Source: Octopus sinensis
Taxonomy: Eukaryota
Length of the DNA: 64,000 nt
Direction of reading: 5' to 3'
NCBI RefSeq assembly: GCF_006345805.1
Contig: NC_043001.1
Location: 104,098,001-104,162,000 of the forward strand
Shown: in pieces, positions 11,283 through 24,110 of the stretch
Layout of the letters: each line of letters opens with the position of its first letter
Numbering within the stretch: the first letter of the stretch is position 1
Notes under the pieces: generated by a model
Database searches by the model: none
Told to the model about the DNA's origin: nothing
The model's input: the letters and a program-made list of their open reading frames with translations, nothing else
Position numbers and translations under genes: made by a program

Positions 11283-11965
11283 GCTAAACACAGAGGGGGA
11301 CAATTACAATGTAGAGTTTTTTTTTCGAGGGGGGCGGAAAAAAATAGGGACAACGATCAAAATGGATCGAAATCGTTGGGAATATATGCAAAAAATGTCG
11401 AAATAGTACAAAAAGTTCCCAAGAAATGGGGAGGTTTATCTGTGGAAAGAAAAACCTACGAAAAGACCACAGTAACCTCGGGCAATTACGTTACATATTA
11501 ACATTTATTTACAAATACGTAACTCTCTGTGTTAAATATTTTTACGGTTCATAGGATGGCTTCGTCATTCATACGTGCCATCGTTGCTACATTCACCCAT
11601 CTTTTTTTAAAACATTCACTAGACAAAACTTGCCTCTCTACTCTCACTTTCCTTTTCAAGTGATACTTGAAGACGTTGATGAGAGATTGACCAGAGAGGA
11701 AAGTGTTTGTCTCTAATCCTTTCAGGCGCGTCCACCAAATACATTCTTTCGCCATAGCCACAAGTATTATGAAAATAGCTCTTTCTTCCCGTTTGAGGGA
11801 AGGAGGCTTGACGATATTGACGATAGACTCGGCTGATAAACCGACTCGTCCCACACGTGACAGCAGTCGTTCGACATAAGTCCACAGGTCGGAAATGGTT
11901 GGACACTGCACGAGTTTCGTCGCTCTGACTGCATCTCGCGCTGGTCGGCCCCGTGTTTCTCGAAC
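11281..11965 (-). mobile_element. 5'-truncated Tx1/L1-clade LINE 3' end (ORF2 C-terminus + 3' UTR)
   Basis: RCSQSDET..LVQCPTISDLWTYVERLL...AMAKECIWWTRLKG...FKYHLKRKVRVER...KRWV (ORF 11549-12091); UTR ends at a (TA)n run. Confidence 0.8.
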
Positions 11966-12089
11966 TATGTCTATAGAGCTGCTGCTGCTAGTGGTGGTGG
12001 TGGTGGTTGGTGGTGGTGATGTTTGTGGCAGAGTTGTCCGTAGTAGTAGTAGTAGTGGTTGACTGTGAAGCTGTCGTCTGGGTTCTTCC

Positions 12090-12345
12090 AATTTTTCGTG
12101 TGCTGTCGGCGGCGGCAGTGTCGGCGTCCGTGCTCACACCTGCACCTGTGTTGCTTCTCCCCCTCCTTCCCTCCTTCATGAAGCTGTGGCGAAGGCAGGG
12201 TAAGGAAATCAACGTCGTAAGCGTTGTCAAGGAGACCGGCGTTCTTCTCAAGAACGACTTCATGGCTTGAAGTCGCCATGCTCAAAACAGAAATGGCTTT
12301 GAAAACCGAAAACGAATTTACAAAATCGGGAAACACGCCACACAG
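12090..12345 (+). repeat. GC-rich interspersed repeat segment, also present inside the Helitron at 14410-14630 (opposite strand)
   Basis: Collinear blocks e.g. aaggaaatcaacgtcgta, gcgttgtcaaggagacc, acgacttcatggcttgaag, aaaacagaaatggct. Confidence 0.85.
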
Positions 12346-12559
12346 GGCAGGTTTCCCGTGCAAAGGGAGAGAGATGTGTGTTTGCATGTATATCTACAAT
12401 TAAATTCGTCTCGTGAATTAATGTACATGATTGAGAAACTCAAAAAGTATGTGTGCATATGTATGTTGCGTATGTGTGTGCGTGTGTGTGCATGTGTTTG
12501 TGTGTGTGTGTGTGTGTCATTAAAATATTCTTTCCAATACAGCCATTGGTTATTACTTC

Positions 12560-13425
12560 AAATTTTCTCTCACTCCCTTCCTCTCTCTATCTCTTTCTCT
12601 CTCACCCTTCCTCTCTATATCTCTGTCTCTCTCTCCCTCCTTCTCTCTATCTCTGTCTCTCCCTCTCTCTCCACCCTTTATATATCTACATCTCTCTCTT
12701 CCTTCCTCTCTATATCTCTGTCTCTCTCTCCCTCCCTCTCTATATCTCTGTCTCTCTCCCACCCTCTCTCTATCTCTATCTCTCTCTCCCTTCCTCTCTC
12801 TCTCTCCCTTTCTCTCTCTATATCTGTCTCTCTCTCCCTTCATCTCTCTATCTCTATCTCTCTCTCCCTTCCTCTCTATATCTCTGTCTCTCTCTCCCTC
12901 TCTCTCTCTATCTCTGTCTCTTTCTCCCACCCTTTCTATATTTCTATCTCTCTCTCCCTTCCTCTCTATATCTCTGTTTCTCTCTCCCTTCCTCTCTCTC
13001 TCCCTCCCTCTCTCTATATCTGTCTCTCTTTCCCTTCCTCTCTATATCTCTATCTCTCTCCCCTCCTCTCTATATCTCTGTCTCTCTCTCCCTCTCTCTC
13101 TATATCTCTGTCTCTCTCCCTTCCTCTCTCTATCTCTGTCTCTCTCTCTCCCTTCCTCTCTCTATCTCTATCTCTCTCTCCCTTCCTCTCTATATCTCTG
13201 TCTCTCTCTCCCTTCTTCTCTATATCTCTATCTCTCTCTCCCTTCCTCTCTATATCTCTGTCTCTCTCTCCCTCCCTCTCTATATCTCTGTCTCTCTCTA
13301 TCTCTGACTCTCTCTCTCCCTTCCTCTCTCTATCTCTATTTCTATCTCTCTCTCCTTTTCTCTCTATATCTCTGTCTCTCTCTCCCTTCCTCTCTCTACC
13401 TCTGTCTCTCTCTCTCCCTTCCTCT
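12560..13425. repeat. Pyrimidine-rich (CT) minisatellite, ~30-bp degenerate unit tctctctcccttcctctctatatctctgtc
   Basis: Direct reading; accounts for the 358-aa and 284-aa pseudo-ORFs. Confidence 0.9.
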
Positions 13426-13749
13426 AACAAATAAGATTAACGTTTGTTTTTTTCTTTTTCTCTCACTTTTTTCAAAAGCTTAAATATCGTCTGCCAATTA
13501 GTTTTTTTTTGGTTCTATGTTTTGACTTTCTTAAATTTGATTTATTTGCCAATAATCAAACGCGTGTATTAAGTTTTATTGACAAAGATGACTGTACAGA
13601 CTCGCCATAATAAGTATTTTATTGCATTGTATTGTGCTAAAAGATTGGAATATTTAACAGAGAGGGAATAAAATTGATGGCAACTGACGTACGAGAGTAA
13701 TTAATTTATTATTCCGATATTAGATAATTATTAAATTGCTATGAAGCCA

Positions 13750-14275
13750 GGTTCGTTCTTTGGGTCCAGCTCGTAATTGGAGAAGAGCAAAGTCAGAGAC
13801 TGACTGTGGAAATCTGCCAACATATCCTCAACAGACATTGAAATTAGAAGTGAGTGTACTCTAAACTTCATCTTTGTCGAGCGACGTAATACGGACGATG
13901 ATTTTGAATGTCAGTTGGAATGTGGAGACCTATATGGTCATTTGGGTTCGCAGATTCTATAACTCTTTCTGTATCGTCTGCCTCTTCGTGATTGTTCCTG
14001 TAAACATATCCCAGGTAGAAATGGTAGATGACTGCCTCCAGATGTCGCAAGCTGTACATTTCGCTCGTACAGTTGCTTCTAAGCTACAAGTAAGAGCCGA
14101 GACAGAGATAACAAGTTTTCTTATCGACCTTTGTCTTTGGCATTGACTCATAATAAACGCTTTTTCAGTAAGTTGTAAAAGGTAAGTGATCAGGAAGCTC
14201 GATATTTCTATTCTAGGCCTTTTTAAACATTTTTACATCATGTCTACAGGCTTCCTGCATTCTAAATCGAGGCTT
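13750..14275 (-). pseudogene. Possible BEL/Pao LTR-retrotransposon gag (zinc-knuckle) remnant
   Basis: Minus-strand translation KKTCYLCLGSYL*LRSNCTSEM..RHLEAVIYHFYL resembles BEL triple CCHC array; heavily decayed. Confidence 0.35.
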
Positions 14276-14329
14276 AAACGGTTTTACCACTAACACATCA
14301 AATACACAGAATGCAAGTTTATATATATA

Positions 14330-14842
14330 CTAGCAGTATCGCCCGGCGTTGCTCGGGTTTGTAAGGTAAATAACTATATAAGCATTTTTAGAGAGTTACT
14401 TCCCTTATAGATGCCAATTCGGGCTTTCTTAGCCATTTCTGTTTTGGTGTCTTCAAGCCATGAAGTCGTTGTTCTAAAAGAACGCTGGTCTCCTTGACAA
14501 CGCTTTACGACGTTGATTTCCTTACACTCCCTTCCCCACAGCTTCACGAGGGAGGGAAGAAGGGGGAGAAGCAAACAGGTGCAGATGTGAGCGTGGACGC
14601 CAACTCCGCCGCCATCGACACACGAAAAATTATGCATTAAAATGGAATAAAAAATTATGTTAAATTATTTTTAAAATCGTAGACTCATCGTAGACGCGCG
14701 CTAATACCCAGACGGGCTCGATATGAATCACGACTATAAGATACCCGAATTTGGTTAAACTGCACCGCAAAATGTGGGAGTAGTTAGGAATCTAAATCGA
14801 AGGGGACAGACACTCACACAACTACAGTTTTATATATATAGA
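14330..14842 (-). mobile_element. Non-autonomous Helitron with ~220-bp extra internal segment
   Basis: Minus strand: 5' TC..ATATATA; 3' hairpin CCCGAGCAACGCCGGG then CTAG; inserted between A and T; homologous to 22106-22504. Confidence 0.85.
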
Positions 14843-15119
14843 TATATATATATATCTTTAAAATGATTGGCTCTCTACTACCTCTGGCAAATTCATCACC
14901 AAAATCGGCCTTTCATTGTCTTTATAATCTGTACCTATTTTTGGGTTACGAAATAAGCTACATAGAATGTGTTTTTGAATTACATGTATTTACTTTATAT
15001 ACATATATACGTTGAGAACTTTCTTTAACATTTCACTTAACGTCTACGTTCCGTGCTGGCATAGGTTGGGGAGTTATTAATGTAGGAACTTTATATCTCA
15101 GCTACTAGCAGTTGAGACC

Positions 15120-15191
15120 TGCGTAATCGAGACGGCGTTTTTAAATTATATTATTCTCTTTAACCCGGGCAATGCCTGGTGTGTCTGCTAG
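15120..15191 (+). mobile_element. Helitron 3' end fragment (different family)
   Basis: aacccgggcaatgcctggt..tctgCTAGt: degenerate hairpin + CTAG|T. Confidence 0.55.
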
Positions 15192-16093
15192 TAAATAATG
15201 ATTATTTGTGCACTTGGGTCAATGTAACCCCCTCCTTCGAAATTGCTGACCTCATGCCAGAATTAGAAATCACAATTAAGCGGTTCCAACAGTTATTAAA
15301 ATATCATGGTGAAGCAACATTCTTTATCAGACACCAACAAAAGATTATGGCTTCGAATATCTCTTATTTGCTTTCTAAATACAACACACGCATGGCAAAA
15401 CAAGTGCTGCAACGTGATAGACGACACGTGAATGGCCAAGATATACAGCCTGTCCATTCTGGACCTTACCTGAGGAAATAAATGCCTTACATTGACCTCC
15501 AGACTACCAAAATGTATTCATCCTGACCTATTGTTTTCTAAATAACGTGGGCCTGCGTTTGCGCTTACAAGTGGTGTACCATAGAGGGTGGTAAAAGTTT
15601 TATATAGGCAAAATTTTCCCCCTTTAACACGTCTAAATGAAACAACATCTCCATATTTACCTTAGTTAAGAAATATTTAAGAAAATGTTGCCACGAAAAT
15701 ATCACAGAACTACATGGCGAAAAATCAGGAATCCGAGGACCAAAGAAACCATTTTCATTAACCTGCAAAACCCTACCTACACCAACCAACGAGAATGGCC
15801 ACGGTTTATTTGTTGGCCTTTCACTTATTTATATCAGTTAAAACGATGTCGCTGCGAAGTGCGCAATCCTTGCGTTAACATTCTCTTATACCGTCACCGA
15901 TATATAAATAAGGCGAAAGTGCAATCGCTCGTTGTTACTCCTTTATTTCAGCGACGTTGTTGATTTTGCACACACTTTTTAATTCTATTTCACAATACTC
16001 CAAGCAAATCCCGTTTCTCCGATATCACTATTAAAATTTATTGCTCTGACATTATTTAATCAACGAAAAAAACCTTTCTCACATGACTTTTCG

Positions 16094-16139
<46 letters not shown>

Positions 16140-17319
16140 ATATTGTCAACATATTATGCCTTGCCTGCTGTATTACCAATCGAACAATGATATCGATGCC
16201 AACATTTAGTTTCCTATAAAATCTAAAATTAAAATATTTTCTTCTAATTTACCTAAATAGTTTATTATTTTTAACATTTCCTGATTATTCGTCCGAATTC
16301 ATAACATCATAACACTCCGCTTAGATTTCATAACGGAATATCGTTTTACAACTAATTGCGTGCAATACTTAAAAATTGATCGCCAAACACCAACAAACAC
16401 ACGGCACAGGTTTTCTTTTCTTTTACGCACAAAAATGAGGAAACTATCTACAAAGCAGACGCTCGGTAGATACGTTTCCTGTTCGTTCTAATTAAGAGGC
16501 GAAGGCATTTTGCTAAATATCTCACTTCATCAGAATTATACGAAAGAAAGGCTAAGATCAAAGAAAACTTGATAATGAAACCAGCAGATATCTTTATGGA
16601 CAGTATTGATTTTTAACACAGACATTCTGCCACATATTTTGAAGGAAGGGGTACAATCGCTTGTACTTGGCGGGTACTTTATTTTATTGACTGCAGAATA
16701 ATAGATGAAAGACAAAGTTCACATGGCAGAAATTTCAATTCAGATGGTAAAGCGCTCTGCGATTATGGCAGTTCAGTGCTGTGTGCTTGGGTTAAGACTG
16801 CAATAAAAATAAACGAGTGTGGTTGACTAATTCGAATTGCAAGTCTATATAGGGGGATGGGAATAGCAAAAAGAGAAATAGGACCTTCTCTACTGGAAAT
16901 TATTTCCATAGAAGTTTACGGCTCTACAATGATGTTTTTACTATGAGTCTGTATCGCATTCAATATGGGAAATTTATCGCTAAACTACTTCTCCTTCCGC
17001 CAGCCTTTTCACTCCTCCTTCTTCTTTCTTTCTCTCTTCCCTCACTCTCTCTCTCTCTATATATATATATATCTGTCTCTCTCTCTCCCTCCCTCGCTAT
17101 ATGTGTGTGTGTGTGTTTGTGTGTGTATACCTGGTGACAATCTGCTATTTTGCTCGTTTCTGTAATATTAGTACATGTGTATGTGTTCTTTTAATATATT
17201 CTAATACATTGGAATAAATATACATACTAGAATGTCTACCTGCAGATATATGTCGTTTTTGTATCCTCTCTATTTTCTTATTTGCCATATATATACTTAC
17301 ACACACATACATACATATA

Positions 17320-17485
<166 letters not shown>

Positions 17486-17740
17486 TATATACAAATACTA
17501 GGTTTGGAGATGATGTACAGGTATTATATATTAGAAGAAATAAGGTACTCAGAAATCTGGATGTTTTATATTTACAGGTATTTATTAATATGTCAAATAT
17601 CTTTACAAATCATATATTAGCGCTTGCATCAACTCTAGTGGATTCTTCATATATATATATATATATATATATTTACATATGTGTGTGTGTGTATACATAG
17701 AGAGAGAGTATTAGATAACTAGACAGACAGTTAGATAGAC

Positions 17741-17783
<43 letters not shown>

Positions 17784-18059
17784 ATATATGCACACACGCA
17801 CACATATACACGAATATACATATATGCATTACATACATGTGGAATTTATGCACACATAAACACGAATACATATATTTACGCATAATTAGCTATATATAAA
17901 GACATACATATACACATACATACATACACACGCACACATACGTATTAATGCTATGTATAGTTATACGCAAAATATCATACATCAATTACTCAATGTCTTT
18001 AAATGGAGGATCGAATTTTTTTTTTTTGAGAAAAAGATGATAATGAAGTTTGGCTGCTT

Positions 18060-18343
18060 TTGTGTGTGTTTTGTGTGTGTTTGTTTTGTGTGTGTTTGCT
18101 TGTGTGTGTGTATGTGTTTGTGTGCGTCTGTGTGTGTGCGTTTGTGCGTTTGTGTGAGTGTGCTTGTGTGTGTGCGTGTTTGTGTGAGTGTATATGTTTG
18201 TATGTATGCGTACGTTTGTGTGTGTGTGTATATGTTTGTGTGTGTGTGTGGTGTGTGTGTGTGTGTTTTGTGTGTGTTTGTGTTTGTTTGTTTGTGTGTG
18301 CATTTGTGTGTGTGTGTGTGTGTGTGTTTTGTGTGTGTTTGCT

Positions 18344-18374
<31 letters not shown>

Positions 18375-18435
18375 TTGTGTGTGTGTGTATATGTTTGTGT
18401 GTGTGTGTATATGTTTGTGTGTGTGTGTGGTGTGT
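18060..18435. repeat. Degenerate (GT)n tract
   Basis: Direct reading; source of C/V-rich and H/T-rich pseudo-ORFs. Confidence 0.9.
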
Positions 18436-18440
18436 GTGAA

Positions 18441-18660
18441 GGCATGTGATCTAGTGGTTGCACTCACGATCCTGGGTCGGTTTCCCGGAGCAAGCAAGCG
18501 TTGTTCTTGCGGAAAATACTTGGTTTCCCGTTGCTCCAGTCCACTTAGCTGTAAACAGGTGAACCCTACGATAGACTGGCCTTCTGACCAGGGAAGGGAT
18601 GAATGTTGGCCTGCTCGTCTAGCCAGCGGGGTGACGATATTTGAAAGCTAAAATGATGCA
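18441..18660 (+). mobile_element. Degenerate tRNA-headed SINE with CORE-like central domain
   Basis: ggcatgtgatctagtgg (A-box-like); gttcttgcggaaaatacttggtttcccgttgctccagtccacttagctgtaaa resembles the CORE domain. Confidence 0.5.
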
Positions 18661-18661
18661 G

Positions 18662-18872
18662 AACAGAACTTCAGGGGCACAAAGAAAAAACACGAACTGC
18701 ACAAGTCCAAAGCCAATTACCTGTCTTCAGTCCCAGCAGACTTCCAGGGCCTGACCTGTGGAAAAAAGCCTTCCGAGTACACATCGGACTGAACGGCCAC
18801 AGCCGGACATACCGTGCTCCGCCTTCTTCTCCCGAGTGATATCCTTGATCATCGTTGACAACGACAGACATG
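18662..18872 (+). pseudogene. RTE-clade LINE extreme 3' fragment (C-terminal zinc finger)
   Basis: AQRKKHELHKSKA...TCGK[fs]FRVHIGLNGHSRTY, matching CGRxFRxxIGLxSHxRTH. Confidence 0.6.
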
Positions 18873-19014
18873 TTTTTGTATAATATTTGTTGCAGCTGTT
18901 TGTTCTTCGTTATCTGTGTGAAGGAGAAGAAAGGACAGAGAGACAGAGAAAATCGAAGAATGAGTCAAAGAAATGGCGAATTTGAGGTAATAATTTCAAA
19001 ATAAATCTTTCTTT

Positions 19015-19232
19015 CTAATTTTTGCACAAGGCCAACAATTTATTTGTTCTTTGGTGCGAGTCAGTCAATTACATCGACCACATTACTCGACTGTTATTTT
19101 ATCGACTCGAAAAGGAAAGGATGAAAGACAAAGTCGACCTCAGCGTCATTTGAACTCAGAACGTAATGAACCGGAAGAAATGCTGTTTGGCATTTTGTCC
19201 GGCGTGGTAACGATTCTGCCAGCTCGCTGACT
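19015..19232 (-). mobile_element. SINE family A copy
   Basis: aaagtcgacctcagcgtcatttgaactcagaacgtaa...gtaacgattctgccagctcgc. Confidence 0.8.
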
Positions 19233-21121
19233 TAGTTTCAATATAAATCTTGAATACAATAACAATGTTATCTCTCTTGAAATATATGTTTAATATATAT
19301 GATATTGAATTAGGTACGTTTATACATTTTAAATTCGTTTTTCTCTTATCTTTTCCAACGAATTACTGTTTCATTAGAAATGAAGATTGTAAATATCTTT
19401 GCTTATCTCTTCACAAAGTATTTTAATGAAGACAGCCACTGTCACTGAGTTGGAGAGGCAGACGATACGGCAAGTGAGGGAGGGGAGAGTAAGAGTTTTA
19501 AGTATTGGCAAATGAAAGAGCAGGAGCAGACGACAAATTTCGTACAGATTTTGATGATAGAAATACTGACTTTTCTATCATAAATAAAAGTATTGAAAAC
19601 GAACTTCTGCAGTAAAAATCTGTATGCAAAAAGTCTATTATGCAAATATTTACTTTACATCAGCGAATTTAAATATGAATACAGATCACTTGTAGGATAA
19701 AATATATGTAAAAACTTTTAAGCAATATTTTTTAAATAATTATAATTATTACGAATTTTATTGCTTTCTTATAAATTCATAACATGAAAACTACTAATTT
19801 TATTTAAACTGATTGCTACAGCAATCTAAATTGTTTGAATCAGCAATTTGCTAAACAATTTAAGAATTTGTGATCTTATGAAGAATTAATGACAAGTAAA
19901 TATTTTTAGATAAATAGTTGATGTGCTTAGAGCTTTTATCGAAAAGTTGATGTCATTCCTATGTTTTGAGCATTTAACTTAAACTCAGGCATAAATTTTG
20001 TATTATTTTTTTGTGCAATATTTTCTCCACTCTACATTATCAGATTATTACAGTTTTATTACAATTAATGGTTAAACAGTACTATTATTATTGATAACAC
20101 ATCTCTTGCATATTTACAAATGGATAGTTTGTTTTATTTATTCTTTAGTCAACAAATCTTACTATTTTCAAAATTACAAAAAATTTCATTTTTTTTTTTG
20201 TATAAACAATATAAATTTTAAAAGAAGTGAAATTATATTCATTGTACTTATGTCACTTTAATTGACATTACCTACGGTAGCAAAAATATATTCCCAGTAT
20301 GAAAAGACTTTGATATGAACGGTAACACCTTCCTAAACATCGCATTATTGGTTGCTTCATCATGTGAAACGCCTTTGCAACTATCTTATATTACAATTGA
20401 TGTTTTATGTTTACGATTAATTGATAGCTAAGTCCTGTTATTCGTTTTATTTAATTTTGACGCTTTTTATTATTCGAAGAGTAGTAATTCATTTAATTGT
20501 TATGTGTATGCACAATAAAACGTAAAAGATAGCAAAATCCTACATACATACGTCTTCACACGTCTATATGTATACACCATTCACAGATCCCTGATATTAA
20601 ATAAAGTGTTACCATTTACACCATGAAAATTAGTAACTCCAGTTTTCTGTAGCCACTGGAATCGTTGAGTATAAAGAAAAGATTGTCTATTTGTTTCGTT
20701 TGGATTGATCAGTGTTGTGACGGACGCCCTCGGGCGAGAAGTGGTCTAAGTCCACTACTAATAAATAGTGGACTGACCCAGTCAGTAGATACGGTGTAGT
20801 TAAATCTTTTGATTCAGGTCGTTGTTAAATCTTTTGATCCCACTTGCTAGGGATGTAAAACTGAAGCTGACGCCACCAACGGAGGTGACAATGAACAAAG
20901 AACTGAGGACAGTAGTGTACAGAAACCTGTAAGAAAATCGAAATGGCAAGAGCAGAAGAAGTAGAAGAATGTCTAAATACGTTGAGTGATAAAATCGAAT
21001 TTAATTGTAGAGGCGGGAAATTTGGCACTGGTGGAGGTGCGCTGTTCGAAAGTGGAAGAAGCAACAATGCACTCTACTGAAGCGTTAAAGTCGGAGAAAC
21101 AGGCACTACTGCCAGCTTATC

Positions 21122-21162
<41 letters not shown>

Positions 21163-21167
21163 TATAT

Positions 21168-21375
21168 AGTTAATCCAAACATGAAAACGCAAAGAGAAAA
21201 CACAATAACGCGAGGACGTGGAACAAGTATCGTATTATTGGACGCTCAGGAAAGGAAAGAAAGAAGGAGGATTTAACGTTTCGAGCGGAGCTCTTCGTCA
21301 GAAACATAGGAAAACGAAAGATCCAAGGAAGGGAAGACGGAGGGAAAAAAATCCCAACGGTACGCACGCGGTCAT
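21168..21375 (-). mobile_element. Short PLE-type element (family D) between TA runs, carrying a hammerhead
   Basis: Homologous to 38281-38445 (+) and 56701-56750; HHR 21271-21305. Confidence 0.7.
21271..21305 (-). ncRNA. Minimal type I hammerhead ribozyme
   Basis: GUUU-CUGACGA-A-GAGC-UCC-GCUC-GAAAC-GUU-AAAU; palindromic stem III AACGUU. Confidence 0.7.
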
Positions 21376-22105
21376 ATATATATATATACATTTGTATACA
21401 CATACATGGCACATGGAAATAAGTTCGTATGTGGACGGATGTATTTATATGTTGCTGTATTTTCTTCATTTTGGTTGTCCTCCTTTTCTTGTTGAAGCTG
21501 AACAGACTGAGCTGAATAAGTCTGGAACCCCGATGTTTCTTCTAAGAAAGCCAAAGAAGTCGACTTGTAAATTAACAGTGCATCTGGTTGTTATGGCTAT
21601 GAGCGTATGTGAATGTGTATGTATACCTGTGTGCTGGTGTGAAGGTGAATATATATATGAGGATGTATAAATAAATGTGTTTGAAAACATGTGTATACAG
21701 GTGTGTGTGTGAGAGTGAAAATATCTATGCATGATATGCAGTTTGTGTATATATAGTGTATGTGTGTGTGTGTGTGGTGTAGTATGCGCATATTTCAGGA
21801 AAAGTGTGTGTGTGAGAGTTGTGAAAGTTTGTGTGTGTGTATATGTGTGCCGAGTGTAGTGAAAGTGCGCATGTGTCATCACATGTAGCTGTATGTGTGC
21901 ACGTGTTTAGTGTAGTATGTGTCTGTGTCTGCAACAAGATATACGCTCGAGTATATCAGTGTGTCCACGTGCATTCTATGTGTTGGAAATGAGGATCTGT
22001 GAAGTTGCGGAGGGGAACAACTTAAGATGGTAGATTAATGTATTCGAGGAAGCTCAAAGTTAATTGAAACGGAAAAGAAATAAATCAATTGTTTCTTGAT
22101 TAATA

Positions 22106-22504
22106 TCTTTATATATAAAAGTCAAGTTGTGTGTCTGTCTCCTACGATTTAGATTCCTAACTACTCCCACATTTTGCGGTGCAGTTTAACCAAAACCGGG
22201 TATCTTATAGTCGTGATTCATATCGAGCCCTTCTGGGTATTAGCGCGCGTCTACGATGAGTCTACGATTTAAAAAAACAATTACCATAATTTTTTTCCAT
22301 TTCAATGCATTTTTTTCGCTATTATATTAGGGAAGTAACTTTCTAAAAATGTCTACAATGAGTCACCGATTTTTAAAAAAATTTACCATCATTTTTTTTC
22401 CATTTTTAATGCATTTTTTTGCTACTTTTTGGCTATAACTCTCTAAAAATGCTTATATAGTTATTTCCCTTACAAACCCGAGCAACGCCGGGCGATACTG
22501 CTAG
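22106..22504 (+). mobile_element. Non-autonomous Helitron, complete ends
   Basis: A|TCTTTATATATAAAAG ... CCCGAGCAACGCCGGG-CGATACTG-CTAG|T; internal ~90-bp duplication. Confidence 0.9.
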
Positions 22505-22616
22505 TAAGAATATATAAGAGTGCAAGGGTGTTTCTAGATCTATATAAGACTATATATATTTATATATATATATATACTTGTCTGTCTGTCTGTCTGTCTG
22601 TCTGTATGTATGTATG

Positions 22617-22714
<98 letters not shown>

Positions 22715-22720
22715 GTATAT

Positions 22721-22795
<75 letters not shown>

Positions 22796-22874
22796 CTTGC
22801 ATATCTGTCTATATTAATGTGTTTGTGTTATTTTTCTCAGTTCTTATCTATTTGAAGAATTTTATCTGAACTGT

Positions 22875-24110
22875 GATATTCCAAATATTTATTTTTGCGA
22901 TTCATATACAGAATGGTATTTCAAAGAGCGTCCAAAGATCCAGGAGTCTCATACTTTTGACATTGTTGTCTTTGTACTTCAGAATAACATTTCCTTCGCC
23001 CTGTAGCACTCCATCCATGATCGCCCAATTGCATTCCAGTACATTGAAACGGTGCTTATGCTTCCCGGAGAATCTCTTATATGCATTCTGAAATTCCAAG
23101 ATAGTCCAAATCATACTTCAACCCCTGACATAGCTGCTGTTCATTGTTCTTTTGCAAAGACCATCTCTTGAAAATCAAGTCAAACGTTGTCCTTGCAGCG
23201 ATGGTATTTCTTTAAGAAGCCTGTCTCCAGCAAAGAAATCGGAGCTCTTCATTGGATAGCAAAATTCTTTTGGGAGAATTGCTCTAGTCAGCAGGAACCG
23301 CCTTTTATTATATTAACTCCACAACTGACCATTTTGGAAAACGGAGCCGTAGAGTCTAATGTCCTGATCTCTGAGTAGTAGCAACAAGAAACTGTATCTT
23401 ATTGGTTCTGATGGATTAGCAAATACTTGTAGAATGGGTTCTGATGGATTGGAAAATACTTGTAGAATACTTTGTCATTGGTTTATTATATTTCTTGCTT
23501 CCATTTTTCCCCATAAATTTCGAGCATGGTGCCAACTGAAACTATTTTTCATAGTCTCAGACACAATTACGTTCATAACTAAAGGCAGGTCTCTTCCACG
23601 GCTTATGGGTGTGGCTGAGATCAAGCCTCAACCAGTATTCCCCCCTCTTTGACCTTTCTATCTGGCGTCGCATAATTCTATGCCACCATGGTGTGTCTAT
23701 GTGCAACCTGTTTAGCAGCCGTTTTTAATTAAAAGTGGAACTAATCATTCATCACGAGTCATAATTGTTTGATGGCTGGTCAGTCTAAAATCACTCTGTT
23801 GAAGGCGAACCTCGCATTTATCATTTTACCTTCAGTTTTCTGTGTCCGATCGTATTCTGTTCACAGCAAGCATCATAGGCCAAGTCTATTGTGAGCTGTA
23901 TTCCTAACAGCATTTGCTTGAATTTTTGTTGTTGTTGCTCATCTTTTTCCTGGTGTCCCGAGACTACGCTTGCATTTGGCAGCAAAGTGTTAAAGTTCAG
24001 AACCTCTTTTTCTGTGACATTATTGATGGAAACATCATTTATACCCAACCACACATAAAAAGAAGAGCTACCTTTGATTGTAACCGTAATTTGAACTTAC
24101 ACCCATAAAA
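22875..24110 (-). pseudogene. Decayed BEL/Pao-type integrase region
   Basis: Minus strand: VRLQQSDF..SHQTIM..LVPLLI..THHGGIE...EYWL...RNCV resembles the HHCC zinc domain; downstream GEGNVILKYKD..MRL..W resembles the BEL C-terminal DUF5641 region. Confidence 0.5.

Noticed and set aside
12358-13434. 358-aa and 284-aa plus-strand ORFs and R/E/D-rich minus-strand ORFs
   Set aside because: Pure translations of a CT minisatellite (SLSL/ERDR repeats); no domain content.
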